Of a DNA stretch of 39,426 bases, positions 8,218-14,338 are shown piece by piece. Under the pieces are notes generated by a model. The model was not told where the DNA came from and searched no databases. It worked only from the letters and a program-made list of their open reading frames with translations. The stretch's first letter is position 1, and each line of letters starts with the position of its first letter. The DNA lies in the IMG/VR virus record IMGVR_UViG_3300033182_000272, positions 1 to 39,426 of that record; one strand, written 5' to 3'. The translations under genes were made by a program, and so were the position numbers. This DNA comes from a virus.

Positions 8218-9015
8218 ATGCAAACTCTCAAAATCACCTTCGGTGATTTGGTCATCGAAACCACGTCAGACAGCGTAGCTGTCGCTCAGCCGAAGGCTGA
8301 AGCTGCGGCTACTACGGCCGCTCCGTCGACGAAGTCGACGAGCACGAAGCCTTCGGCTTCGAAGAAGCGTCGGTCGACGAAGTCGACCCGCAAGTCGTCG
8401 ACGAAGTCGACGAAGAAGACGACGAAGTCGTCGAAGAACGAGTTCTCCGAACTCAGCGGAGCTGAGTTCCGCTCGACCATCCAGAGGATGGTCGATGAGG
8501 GCAAGTTCTACCAGGCGATCTCGGCTTGCCGAGATCGGGGCTGGGATCCGTCGAAGACGGATGGCCGACTTCGGCCGAAGGCCGACAAGCCGACGAAGTC
8601 GGCCAGCAAGTCGACGAAGTCGACCAAGAAGTCGGCTTCGAAGAAGCCGAGTGCCCCGAAGCCGAAGGCTTCGGCCAAGGCCGATCGGCCCGTCGATCAG
8701 GAGCCGAAGGCTCCTGCCAAGGCCAAGAAGCTTTCAGCTTCTGCTCAGCGGGACTCGGATCTCCGAGTGAAACTCGGAGATACGATCGCCACCTTCGGTG
8801 GCGAGATCGATGAAATCCTTACGGATTTCATTGTCAAGCCCCATCGGAAGCACGTCGCTGTCGAAGACAGCGACATGCTTCTCGACACCTGGATCCAGCT
8901 CTCCGAGCTGGATGGATCGAAGATCCTCGGTCAAGCGGACGACGAAGTCGTCCGAATGGTCGGCAACGCAGTCAACTACGTTGAAGCTCTGGCCAGCAAG
9001 GCTGGCCTGGCCTGA
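8218..9015 (+). CDS. First early protein with two Lys/Ser/Thr-rich, histone-H1-like low-complexity tracts
   Basis: ATG 8218 has GAAAGG upstream. The tracked start at 8125 lies inside the P1 -10 region. The tracts are STKSTSTKPSASKKRRSTKSTRKSSTKSTKKTTKSSK and KPTKSASKSTKSTKKSASKKPSAPKPKASAK...KAPAKAKK. Confidence 0.6.
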   Translation: MQTLKITFGDLVIETTSDSVAVAQPKAEAAATTAAPSTKSTSTKPSASKKRRSTKSTRKSSTKSTKKTTKSSKNEFSELSGAEFRSTIQRMVDEGKFYQAISACRDRGWDPSKTDGRLRPKADKPTKSASKSTKSTKKSASKKPSAPKPKASAKADRPVDQEPKAPAKAKKLSASAQRDSDLRVKLGDTIATFGGEIDEILTDFIVKPHRKHVAVEDSDMLLDTWIQLSELDGSKILGQADDEVVRMVGNAVNYVEALASKAGLA

Positions 9016-9025
9016 TCGGCCCCTG

Positions 9026-9047
9026 GCGGCCCCCTTCGGGGGGCCGC
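9026..9047 (+). terminator. GC hairpin with a UUCG tetraloop after the first early gene
   Basis: GCGGCCCCC-TTCG-GGGGGCCGC, a 9-bp stem. No U-tract follows. Confidence 0.5.
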
Positions 9048-9055
9048 TTCCCCTG

Positions 9056-9126
9056 GCCATCCAAGCTCTGCTTGGATGGCTTGGGGAGGCGAAGCCTCCC
9101 TCACATACACATAGCTCCGTAGGAGC
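9056..9126 (+). promoter_or_regulatory. Three further tandem hairpins in the 9015-9146 spacer
   Basis: GCCATCCAAG-CTCTG-CTTGGATGGC (9056-9080), GGGAGGC-GAA-GCCTCCC (9084-9100) and GCTCC-GTA-GGAGC (9114-9126). Confidence 0.5.
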
Positions 9127-9145
9127 CAAACCAAAGGATCACGAA

Positions 9146-9532
9146 GTGATGCCAGAAACAATGTTTATTGACCAGCTGGTCAGCTTTGCTGACCGTGTTG
9201 ACCTTCAGGTCAAGTTCGCCAGAAAGTTCGACGAACTTTATGGCTTCAAGCACCCCGAAGATTCTCTTCGGCTCGACGAAGAGGCCGAAGATGCCGTCGA
9301 TCAGCTTGCTGATCGGACTGGCGATGTCAAGCTCTCCGAGCTTGTTTGCGAAGTCCTGGCTTCGCCAGAAGATCACATCCTTCGGGATGTGTTCTGGAGC
9401 CGTTGGCTCCAGAATGGAGTCTTCGACTCCACTACCGCCGACCATGAATGGTCGGATTGGGCCGACTCCTTCGGTGACTACGTCACCGCCAAGCACATTT
9501 GGCTGGAAGCCAACGGCAAGCGCGGTCTGTGA
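9146..9532 (+). CDS. Hypothetical acidic protein (about 128 aa)
   Basis: AAAGGA-N7-GTG, with the same GGA..TCACGAAGTG initiation block as the gene at 9717. An in-frame ATG at 9149 is an alternative start. Confidence 0.55.
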   Translation: MMPETMFIDQLVSFADRVDLQVKFARKFDELYGFKHPEDSLRLDEEAEDAVDQLADRTGDVKLSELVCEVLASPEDHILRDVFWSRWLQNGVFDSTTADHEWSDWADSFGDYVTAKHIWLEANGKRGL

Positions 9533-9544
9533 AACAGACCGATC

Positions 9545-9586
9545 ACATGCGGGGTTGCTGTAGCAACCCTACGGCGCCCCGCATGT
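9545..9586 (+). terminator. Long compound hairpin after the gene at 9146-9532
   Basis: ACATGCGGGG...CCCCGCATGT forms a 10-bp outer stem. The inner hairpin is GTTGC-TGTA-GCAAC. Confidence 0.4.
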
Positions 9587-9605
9587 AGGTCGAGAGTCGC
9601 CATCC

Positions 9606-9639
9606 CAGCCCCTAGGGGCTGTCGACGGTGTGCTATAGT
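9606..9639 (+). promoter_or_regulatory. 16-bp perfect palindrome CAGCCCCTAGGGGCTG next to an extended -10 (TGCTATAGT)
   Basis: Palindrome at 9606-9621. TGc-TATAGT at 9631-9639. No good -35 is present, and the palindrome occupies that position. Confidence 0.35.
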
Positions 9640-9716
9640 GGAGTGGCAACAGCGGCCCAGACCGCAGCAATTCATCGGCTCCTACAGCGGAGCTTCACAC
9701 ATAAGGAGGTCACGAA

Positions 9717-9917
9717 GTGACCCAGAAAGCGAAGACCAAGCCCCAGCCGAAGGCTGTGGCCATGTGTAAGCCGAAGGCTTACAACCCCCGAAACCGTCCT
9801 GTAAGGACGGCTTGGCACTGGTCGTCTAACGACGACGTTGAGTTCGCTCCCTCTCTCCGAGAGGGCCGTGACAACGGCTTCTTCGAAGCCGAGGTCGTCT
9901 GCGAAAACCCCTTCTAG
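9717..9917 (+). CDS. Hypothetical small basic protein (66 aa, GTG start)
   Basis: AAGGAGG-N7-GTG. The stop lies inside the hairpin AACCCCT-TCT-AGGGGTT. Confidence 0.55.
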   Translation: MTQKAKTKPQPKAVAMCKPKAYNPRNRPVRTAWHWSSNDDVEFAPSLREGRDNGFFEAEVVCENPF

Positions 9918-9960
9918 GGGTTCACACATACAGCAGCTGAAAGCTGCAGAAAGGTTAGCG

Positions 9961-10467
9961 ATGAATCGCTTCCCCTCTGTCCCATCCGTCTCCGACTTCG
10001 TCGGACCGATCCTCTGCCCCTACTGCGACCTGCCTTTGGCAGGTCGTGGCGGCAACGAATGGTGGGAAATCCACCATTTCGAGAACAACCCGACCTTCGG
10101 TCGGCGTTGGGTCAGCGACGACCCCGAAGGGGTCGTGACCTGCTACCACAAAGGTTGTGGTAGTGGCGACATGTTCCTGGCCTTTCAGGCCATGTCCGAA
10201 GACAGCGAAGCTGTCATTCGTGATCTGCTGAAAGCAGTGAAGCGAGGCCAGTCCTGGCGTGTCGAGCCTTTGGCTCGACGGCTGCAGGATGTCTCCGATG
10301 ACTACGTCATCGTCGACAAGTGGGATCTTGAGCTTCTGAAAGAAGCTGCCGACACTCCTCTTGAGGAGTGGCCCGACGAGAACCCCGAAGACTGCTTCGT
10401 CGACATCGTCGACACGATCGAAGAGAAGCTCTTCGATGCAGCGGATTGCATCCGTTACGAAAGCTGA
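9961..10467 (+). CDS. Zinc-ribbon protein with an acidic C-terminal half (168 aa); the Cys pattern resembles a primase-type zinc finger
   Basis: CPYC...(40 aa)...CYHKGCGSGDMFLAF. GAAAGG RBS. The C-terminus is rich in D and E. Confidence 0.6.
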   Translation: MNRFPSVPSVSDFVGPILCPYCDLPLAGRGGNEWWEIHHFENNPTFGRRWVSDDPEGVVTCYHKGCGSGDMFLAFQAMSEDSEAVIRDLLKAVKRGQSWRVEPLARRLQDVSDDYVIVDKWDLELLKEAADTPLEEWPDENPEDCFVDIVDTIEEKLFDAADCIRYES

Positions 10468-10494
10468 AAGCTTTCGTGGTCTGTAGACGACCTC

Positions 10495-10520
10495 CATGGC
10501 CCCCCTTCGGGGGGGCCATG
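10495..10520 (+). terminator. GC hairpin with a UUCG tetraloop
   Basis: CATGGCCCCCC-TTCG-GGGGGGCCATG, an 11-bp stem. Confidence 0.5.
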
Positions 10521-10553
10521 CGGGATGCTCGACAGGCATCACATCACACATAT

Positions 10554-10576
10554 GGCGGGGGCCGAAGGCCCCCGCC
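10554..10576 (+). repeat. 23-nt hairpin GGCGGGGGCC-GAA-GGCCCCCGCC, copy 1
   Basis: Identical 23-mer at 10899-10921. Both copies are followed by C(A/C)ACACA and an SD. Confidence 0.8.
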
Positions 10577-10598
10577 CAACACACAAGGAGGAACGACT

Positions 10599-10886
10599 AT
10601 GTCGTTCGGATATGACCCCGAAGCCGTCATCCAAGATGCCGACATCGAAATGGCCCAGTTGGAAGCCGAGGCCCGTCGACTTCGTCGACTGGAATCACAG
10701 GGGATCTGCACACACCAGGGTGTGCAGGGCCGTGGTGACGGCAAAGGCCCCCTTCCAGGGGGCTTGTACCGAGAGTCCCAGAGGGACATCCCGAAGGGCC
10801 ACTTGAAGTGCCATGGCTGCGGCACTCTCTTTGAGAGTGACGAGGCTTGGTACGCCGCCAGTGAGATTGCCCGAAGGGCAGTCTGA
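10599..10886 (+). CDS. Hypothetical protein (95 aa) with a CxxC motif
   Basis: AAGGAGG RBS. Contains CTHQG...CHGCG. Confidence 0.6.
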   Translation: MSFGYDPEAVIQDADIEMAQLEAEARRLRRLESQGICTHQGVQGRGDGKGPLPGGLYRESQRDIPKGHLKCHGCGTLFESDEAWYAASEIARRAV

Positions 10887-10898
10887 CAGTTACCCGTC

Positions 10899-10921
10899 GG
10901 CGGGGGCCGAAGGCCCCCGCC
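10899..10921 (+). repeat. 23-nt hairpin GGCGGGGGCC-GAA-GGCCCCCGCC, copy 2
   Basis: Exact copy of 10554-10576. Confidence 0.8.
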
Positions 10922-10938
10922 CCACACAGGGGATTCAC

Positions 10939-11037
10939 ATGCACATCTTCGAAACTTTCAACGGTTTCACCGTTCTCATCCTGCTTCTGCTCGCTGGCGC
11001 TTGGCTGGCCCTGCTCGCCTATGAGGGGAAGCTCTGA
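10939..11037 (+). CDS. Candidate 32-aa single-pass membrane peptide
   Basis: MHIFETFNGFTVLILLLLAGAWLALLAYEGKL. GGGGA lies upstream. It is flanked by the hairpin at 10899 and the promoter at 11061. Confidence 0.4.
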   Translation: MHIFETFNGFTVLILLLLAGAWLALLAYEGKL

Positions 11038-11060
11038 CCACCTACGGTGATCCTGCTGAT

Positions 11061-11090
11061 TTGACAGCGATTGCCGATCCGTAGTACAGT
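11061..11090 (+). promoter_or_regulatory. Candidate promoter P2 (TTGACA -35; -10 is TACAGT at N18 or TAGTAC at N15)
   Basis: Shares TTGAC(R)-N8-CGATCCGTAGTA with P1. Confidence 0.5.
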
Positions 11091-11150
11091 TGTTGCCGTC
11101 GTCGAACGGCGACCACCGAAACACCACGTCCCACGAAGGGAATCACACAC

Positions 11151-11372
11151 ATGAAAACACTCGCCATGAACAAGCACATCGGTTCGATGGATCTCATCGC
11201 CGCTTTGCGGAAAGACCGTGACGTGGCCGCCCGTGAAGGGTTCACGAATGTCGTTTCACGACAGGACGAGATGATCCGTTGGATCGAAGGGACCATGGCC
11301 AAGTTCTGCGAACTTGACAAGTGCCAAGGCGTCGTTGTCGAAGTTTCGATCGTTGCCACGATCAACGAGTGA
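11151..11372 (+). CDS. Hypothetical protein (73 aa)
   Basis: Preceded by the conserved block GAAGGGAATCACACACATG. Confidence 0.65.
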   Translation: MKTLAMNKHIGSMDLIAALRKDRDVAAREGFTNVVSRQDEMIRWIEGTMAKFCELDKCQGVVVEVSIVATINE

Positions 11373-11386
11373 AGGGAATCACACAC

Positions 11387-11563
11387 ATGACATGGTCGGG
11401 AATCGACTCCGTCGAGACAAAGCGACTCCGAAGCAAGGCCCGTCTGAAAGACGGCCAGTGCCTCTACTGCAAGCCGCACCGTGGTGAGAACCACGGCAAG
11501 CGAGACGGCAAGTACCTTGACGGCGGGACGTTCCGTCCCTCCAAGGACAAGCGCCGCAAGTAA
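11387..11563 (+). CDS. Hypothetical basic protein (58 aa)
   Basis: Preceded by the same 19-nt block GAAGGGAATCACACACATG. Confidence 0.6.
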   Translation: MTWSGIDSVETKRLRSKARLKDGQCLYCKPHRGENHGKRDGKYLDGGTFRPSKDKRRK

Positions 11564-11591
11564 TCACATACCCCCACGAAGGGAATCACAC

Positions 11592-12437
11592 ATGACCACA
11601 TCCGACGCAATGAACCTGTTCATTGCCATCTCCACCATGCTGGGTGGCGGCAAGGCTCCGTACTTGTTCACCCCGCAGAAAGCCAGCGTCAAGTTGTCTC
11701 ACAACTTCGATGTCACAGACAAGTACGAGCAGATTGTCTGCTACTTGCTGCCACACCGCAGCGGCAAAGCCGCTTGGGAAGCCAACACCACCGCCGAACA
11801 ACGCAAAGCGTTTGACTGGCTGGTCTGGAAGAACCTGTGTGTGGCGTCTACACGGGGCTGCCGTGCGGCTTGCCTTCACATGGCAGGTCGACTCGGCATG
11901 GCTGGCATCGCCAAGCTGGCTCGTACAGCTTTGCTGGCTGCAAGCAGCCACGAGAGCGGTCCATTCTGGACCGTCATGGACGCCGAGATCACACGCCACA
12001 AGGCCCGTGTGGCCCGTAACGGCAAGGAACTTGTCGTTCGGTTGAACGGCACCAGCGACATCGACGTTCCGTCGTGGCTCATCGAGAAGCATGACGATGT
12101 CATCTTCTTCACCTACACGAAGCGGTCCGACATCCCGTTGGGATGGATGATGTCACAGCCCAACGTCTACAACGTCTTCTCCGCTTCGGAGAATACGTCG
12201 GACGAACTGATCCACGAGATCCTCTCCGAGGATGTCAACGTCGTCGTCCCCTTCGACGTGAAGCGTGGCGACGACCTGCCGACCGAGTACCTCGGTCACC
12301 GTGTGATCGACGGCGACAAGCACGACCTTCGGTTCCTCGACGATGACGGAGTCATCGTGGGTCTGCGCTACAAGCCAGTCCCTGGCTCACCGAACCACCA
12401 CGGCTTCATCCGCCCCGTCCCCGTCAGCATTCGCTGA
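11592..12437 (+). CDS. Conserved phage protein resembling the GP88 family as I recall it (281 aa)
   Basis: Motifs CVASTRGCRAACLHMAGR, VRLNGTSDI, FFTYTK and VIDGDKHDLRF...VGLRYK. Preceded by CCACGAAGGGAATCACACATG. The family name is from memory and is unverified. Confidence 0.6.
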   Translation: MTTSDAMNLFIAISTMLGGGKAPYLFTPQKASVKLSHNFDVTDKYEQIVCYLLPHRSGKAAWEANTTAEQRKAFDWLVWKNLCVASTRGCRAACLHMAGRLGMAGIAKLARTALLAASSHESGPFWTVMDAEITRHKARVARNGKELVVRLNGTSDIDVPSWLIEKHDDVIFFTYTKRSDIPLGWMMSQPNVYNVFSASENTSDELIHEILSEDVNVVVPFDVKRGDDLPTEYLGHRVIDGDKHDLRFLDDDGVIVGLRYKPVPGSPNHHGFIRPVPVSIR

Positions 12438-12534
12438 CCATCACAGGAGGATCACATGCACAACTGATCCCGCCCCGAGCAAGGCTGAAACTGCTCCCTC
12501 CAATGCGGCCAGGAGGCATCAGGCTGCACCACAC

Positions 12535-12556
12535 GGCGGGGGCTTCGGCCCCCGCC
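12535..12556 (+). terminator. GC hairpin with a UUCG tetraloop
   Basis: GGCGGGGGC-TTCG-GCCCCCGCC. Confidence 0.5.
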
Positions 12557-12576
12557 CCACATAAGGAATCACAGAC

Positions 12577-12735
12577 ATGTACATCGTAGTCCTCGGAGAT
12601 CCCGTCGACGGTTTCACCTTCTGGGGTCCATTCAGGAACGTCGAAGACGCCATCGACTGGGCCGAACGATCCGTCCTCACCACTTCGTGGTGGATCGCTG
12701 ACTTGAACGTCAACGACTGGGTCAACCACAAGTAG
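12577..12735 (+). CDS. Hypothetical protein (52 aa)
   Basis: MYIVVLGDPVDGFTFWGPF... Preceded by AAGGAATCACAGACATG. Too short to appear in the ORF track. Confidence 0.55.
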   Translation: MYIVVLGDPVDGFTFWGPFRNVEDAIDWAERSVLTTSWWIADLNVNDWVNHK

Positions 12736-12746
12736 CAACACACACA

Positions 12747-12768
12747 GCGGGGGGCTTCGGCCCCCCGC
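12747..12768 (+). terminator. GC hairpin with a UUCG tetraloop
   Basis: GCGGGGGGC-TTCG-GCCCCCCGC. Confidence 0.5.
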
Positions 12769-12790
12769 CCTTTCACAAGGAATCACAGAC

Positions 12791-13036
12791 ATGAAATACC
12801 ATCACGACACCGTCACCATCGCTGCAACCTGCCGCTGGCACGACGAACCCCGTAGGGCGACCGTCGAAGTGTCGGCCACGTCCCTTCGGGACTACCTGAA
12901 CGGAGATCCCGTCATCCTCGTCCAGACCGCTTTCCCCGATCTCACACCCAACCAGCGCGAGATCGTGATTGAACAGCGTGTACGGGGCGCCTACATGTGT
13001 GAAGACTGCTGGGCCGAAATGGGCGAGGAGGAGTAA
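12791..13036 (+). CDS. Hypothetical protein (81 aa)
   Basis: Preceded by the identical block AAGGAATCACAGACATG. Confidence 0.65.
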   Translation: MKYHHDTVTIAATCRWHDEPRRATVEVSATSLRDYLNGDPVILVQTAFPDLTPNQREIVIEQRVRGAYMCEDCWAEMGEEE

Positions 13037-13048
13037 TCACAGGGGAGT

Positions 13049-13079
13049 TTGACGAGCGCGAGAGTGCCGTGTGTACAAT
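13049..13079 (+). promoter_or_regulatory. Candidate promoter P3 (TTGACG-N19-TACAAT)
   Basis: Good hexamers but a long spacer. It shares TTTGACGAG with P4. Confidence 0.4.
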
Positions 13080-13080
13080 C

Positions 13081-13159
13081 GAATGCCTGTCATTCGCCGC
13101 CCCCGTGATGGGGCGGCTCATTGAATGCCGAATGCCTCTAGCTGTAGAAGCCAAATGCC
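13081..13159 (+). repeat. Four direct copies of (G/A)AATGCC between P3 and P4
   Basis: GAATGCC at 13081, 13123 and 13130. AAATGCC at 13153. Confidence 0.6.
13091..13127 (+). promoter_or_regulatory. Leader hairpin element, copy A: CATTC-GCCGCCCC-CGTGAT-GGGGCGGC-TCATTGAATG
   Basis: Stem and flanks are the same as the minus-strand copy at 7604-7639. It begins about 5-10 nt after the predicted P3 start site. Confidence 0.7.
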
Positions 13160-13177
13160 TACGGCAAGAGCATTGAT

Positions 13178-13207
13178 TTGACGAGTGCTGACGAGCTGTG
13201 GTAGCTT
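13178..13207 (+). promoter_or_regulatory. Candidate promoter P4 (TTGACG-N18-TAGCTT)
   Basis: Canonical spacing. It lies about 45 nt upstream of the SD of the gene at 13254. Confidence 0.5.
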
Positions 13208-13253
13208 GTTTGGCATCGAAGTTCGGCCCGACGCCGAGCAGATAGGAGTCGTT

Positions 13254-13547
13254 ATGAGCGACACAGACACATCCATCACGACCGAGACGGACACGGAGAT
13301 CCCGACGTTCGACTTCGCCATCCTGTTCTGGGGCGGCTGGTCTGTGGGCAACAGCTACGCTGAAGCCCTCGATAACGCCATGAAGTTCGGGCTAGGCGGT
13401 CGCCGCAAGCCGCACCTGCTGGTCGCTTTCAGCGTCCCTGTGCAGCATGTGAGAGCGTCGATGTTCGGCCTGGAATGGCAGTGGACCGACATGAACGGTG
13501 GCAAAGCCATCGAGATCCCGATGAACGGGTACGGAGAGGAGTCCTGA
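13254..13547 (+). CDS. Hypothetical protein (97 aa)
   Basis: TAGGAG RBS. It is the first gene downstream of P4. Confidence 0.6.
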   Translation: MSDTDTSITTETDTEIPTFDFAILFWGGWSVGNSYAEALDNAMKFGLGGRRKPHLLVAFSVPVQHVRASMFGLEWQWTDMNGGKAIEIPMNGYGEES

Positions 13548-13708
13548 TGGGGGCACGAGGCCGCCGACCGATGGCAGATGAAACCCACTTCGTGGGGGTC
13601 ACGTTGCCACAGGAGCTGTACGAGGAAATCCTGCAGGCTGCGGAGGACGCTGAGCGTTCTCTTGCTGGCCAGATCCGCTTCATGCTGAAGCGCTGCACTG
13701 CCCGATGA
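13547..13708 (+). CDS. Ribbon-helix-helix (Arc/CopG-like) DNA-binding protein (53 aa)
   Basis: TGATG start-stop overlap with the upstream gene. THFVGVTLPQELYEEILQAAEDAERSLAGQIRFML fits a beta-strand, helix, helix pattern. Confidence 0.6.
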   Translation: MGARGRRPMADETHFVGVTLPQELYEEILQAAEDAERSLAGQIRFMLKRCTAR

Positions 13709-13794
13709 CAGCGTCCAGCACACACGCCATGCGGTGTGTGTGTTGGGCGAAGCCATTCGGCTTCACACACATCAACGTACCTGGGAGGTACACA
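13709..13794 (+). promoter_or_regulatory. Intergenic cassette 1 (CAGCGTCCA, hairpins, GGGCGAAG..CTTCACACACA, SD)
   Basis: Hairpins at 13719-13740 and at 13749-13764 (GAAGCC-ATTC-GGCTTC). Its layout parallels 14245-14338. Confidence 0.55.
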
Positions 13795-14244
13795 ATGCAA
13801 ATCACCATCGAGAATCTGGAGCTGTCTGTCGACAGCGATGTTCTCTTCGACGAGATCCGTGACGAGATCACGACGCTCATCGAAGATGCCGTACACGACG
13901 CTGTGCAGGAGGCTGTGATGCCTGCTGCGGAGGATGCCGTGGCCGAGTACCTTCGGTACAACTTCGACATCACCGACTACTTCGACGGCAGCAACCTTGA
14001 CACCATCGTTGACGCAGTCAACGCTCGCAAGGCCGAAGCCGACACGTCGACCGAAGTCTCCGACTTCATGAAGCTGCTCGGTGATCGCGATGTCGCCATG
14101 GCTCTCCGAGCACTGATGACACCGAAGGTGCTGTCGGAGATCATCGACACGCCGCCCGTCCGTGACCTGCTGATGCGGCTGATCGCAGATCAGCTCGTCT
14201 TCGGTCAGCCCGTCGAGATTGCCTCGACGGAGGGCATGCGCTGA
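13795..14244 (+). CDS. Strongly acidic protein (149 aa, about 32 D/E against about 11 K/R); candidate DNA-mimic or anti-restriction protein
   Basis: GGGAGG RBS. The residue composition was counted by hand. It lies directly upstream of the DUF932-like gene. Confidence 0.6.
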   Translation: MQITIENLELSVDSDVLFDEIRDEITTLIEDAVHDAVQEAVMPAAEDAVAEYLRYNFDITDYFDGSNLDTIVDAVNARKAEADTSTEVSDFMKLLGDRDVAMALRALMTPKVLSEIIDTPPVRDLLMRLIADQLVFGQPVEIASTEGMR

Positions 14245-14338
14245 TGGCAGCGTCCATGTCACAGGGGTCATGTACCTTTGTGGCATGGGCGAAGTCCTCG
14301 GACTTCACACACACAACCCGACCCAGGAGGTCACAGAT
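14245..14338 (+). promoter_or_regulatory. Intergenic cassette 2, paralogous to 13709-13794
   Basis: CAGCGTCCA at 14249. GGGCGAAGTCC-TC-GGACTTCACACACA at 14287-14313. AGGAGG SD. Confidence 0.55.

Noticed and set aside
7688-8264. Several 100-174-aa minus-strand ORFs in the divergent region
   Set aside because: They are mutually overlapping Arg/Ala/Ser-rich translations of structured GC-rich DNA. They have no SD and cross promoter and hairpin elements.
8326-8624. Four perfect TCGACGAAGTCGAC 14-mers considered as replication iterons
   Set aside because: They are in frame and simply encode repeated S-T-K-S-T in the Lys-rich tract. Amino-acid repetition is a sufficient explanation, although a dual role is not excluded.
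12343-12564. 73-aa plus-strand ORF overlapping the end of the GP88-like gene
   Set aside because: It is in an alternative frame with no SD. It runs through a terminator hairpin and has a Pro/Ala/Ser/Thr-rich composition.
13083-13124. 13-codon ORF (MPVIRRPRDGAAH) as a leaderless peptide downstream of P3
   Set aside because: Its ATG is only 4 nt past the -10 hexamer, too close to be the transcription start. The sequence is better explained as the conserved hairpin element.
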